Shown here in pieces: positions 45,057-45,667 of a stretch of DNA of 45,667 bases; the first letter of the stretch is position 1; each line of letters begins with the position of its first letter. The notes under the pieces are model-generated. The model was given only the letters and a program-made list of their open reading frames with translations. It did no database searches and was not told where the DNA came from. Source of the stretch: a virus; the IMG/VR virus record IMGVR_UViG_3300029240_000018, positions 1 through 45,667 of that record. The stretch is one strand, 5' to 3'. The position numbers and the translations under genes were made by a program.

Positions 45057-45248
45057 ATGGACGAAATGGATTATATCTATTTAGGCGACCGATTGACCCG
45101 CCCGGAATTGCGACGTATGCCGTGCCGGGCGGTTCGTCGTTCTGATGGTAAATGTATAAGAGGGCGCAACGGCAATATGTTAGTTGAGTTTGACGGCGTG
45201 GGTAAATGCGTTATTTTGGGGCGATTATTGCGGAAAATAAAAAAATAG
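45057..45248 (+). CDS. Hypothetical small basic protein
   Basis: 63 aa. Confidence 0.45.
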   Translation: MDEMDYIYLGDRLTRPELRRMPCRAVRRSDGKCIRGRNGNMLVEFDGVGKCVILGRLLRKIKK

Positions 45249-45268
45249 CCGAAAATAAAAGATAAAAG

Positions 45269-45299
45269 TTTTGGTAATATAAAAACTATACGTATATTT
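45269..45299 (+). promoter_or_regulatory. Early promoter P3 (TTTGGTAAT-N-TATATTTGC)
   Basis: TTTG 45269-45272, a 19-nt spacer, then TATATTTG 45292-45299. The upstream CGAAAATAAAAGATAAAA is identical to that of P1. Confidence 0.7.
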
Positions 45300-45319
45300 G
45301 CGGCATGATAATAACACGA

Positions 45320-45335
45320 CCGGGCGTTTTCCCGG
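45320..45335 (+). promoter_or_regulatory. Leader hairpin CCGGG-cgtttt-CCCGG (copy of 37309-37324)
   Basis: Exact 20-nt identity, acgaccgggcgttttcccgg. Confidence 0.7.
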
Positions 45336-45355
45336 TAACTCTAAAATTAAAAGAT

Positions 45356-45559
45356 ATGAGAGCGAAAACAACAATTAGCGATTTCCGGTTTGAATTTGCC
45401 GGGTACGGACATTACAAAGTAACCTACACGTCCCCCGTTACCGGGAAACAATGGACGGCAAAAACAAATGATATGCCGTTGATTGATGCGACAAAGAACG
45501 CCGACGAACCCAAACGCCGGGATTTAGAAACGCTTAAAAGAGTTTGCAAAAATGGATAA
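45356..45559 (+). CDS. Early small hypothetical protein
   Basis: The internal ATG 45356 is used, because the track start at 45305 lies just downstream of the promoter -7 box and would read through the leader hairpin. 67 aa, containing FRFEFAGYGHYKVTY. Confidence 0.55.
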   Translation: MRAKTTISDFRFEFAGYGHYKVTYTSPVTGKQWTAKTNDMPLIDATKNADEPKRRDLETLKRVCKNG

Positions 45560-45667
45560 AGACGAATTGCACGCAATGACGGCAAAGGAATTAAACGACT
45601 TATATAAGAGTTTGGAAAATTTCATTGCTGATTGTACCCGGTCAGAGGTTGACGCCAACCGGGATGC
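45552..45667 (+). CDS. 5' part of the wrap-around small ORF (continues at 2-154)
   Basis: ATG 45552 overlaps the upstream stop. The frame runs into the terminal duplication. Confidence 0.5.
   Translation, partial: MDKDELHAMTAKELNDLYKSLENFIADCTRSEVDANRD

Overview
The window is one complete, circularly closed genome of a tailed dsDNA phage. Bases 1-99 are identical to 45569-45667, giving a unit length of 45,568 bp. A 1164-aa tape measure protein suggests a siphovirus-like tail. Every credible gene is on the + strand.

Four promoters fit the Bacteroidota consensus (TTTG-N19/20-TAnnTTTG), so a Bacteroidota host is my inference.

Layout:
- Early and anti-host small genes sit behind three near-identical promoter/leader units (37.2-39.3 kb and 45.25 kb).
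- Regulation, recombination and replication (39.3-45.2 kb): XRE HTH, PD-(D/E)XK nuclease, winged-helix initiator with internal iterons, and a RuvC-like resolvase.
- DNA metabolism (0.2-11.5 kb): Rad50-like ATPase, DUF2400-like protein, DnaQ-like exonuclease, Topo VI-A/Spo11-like mini protein, two HNH genes, SSB, an SPL-like radical SAM protein, a Lar-like zinc ribbon, an ASCH protein and a lipoprotein.
- A terminator, a late promoter and a purine-rich leader (11.5-11.85 kb).
- Packaging, head, tail and lysis genes (11.85-37.05 kb), closed by a strong terminator.

I found no integrase, DNA polymerase, helicase, primase, methyltransferase, tRNA or CRISPR array.

Most notable observations:
1. By-eye scanning found no GATC, GGCC, CGCG or CTAG and a single AGCT in 45.6 kb, while other 4-bp palindromes, especially CCGG, are common.
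2. A strand-specific (G/T)AGAGCGA motif occurs 9 times, almost always at start codons and often preceded by a CCGGG hairpin.
3. A translationally coupled cassette (radical SAM, Lar-like, ASCH, small protein, lipoprotein, Cys-rich protein) plus a DUF2400 fusion is a candidate DNA-modification or anti-restriction system.
4. An acr-aca-like early operon.
5. A lambda-like origin inside the initiator gene.
6. A 1436-aa tail fibre with repeated binding modules and a NodB-like deacetylase end.

All family assignments come from motif recall, not from database searches.
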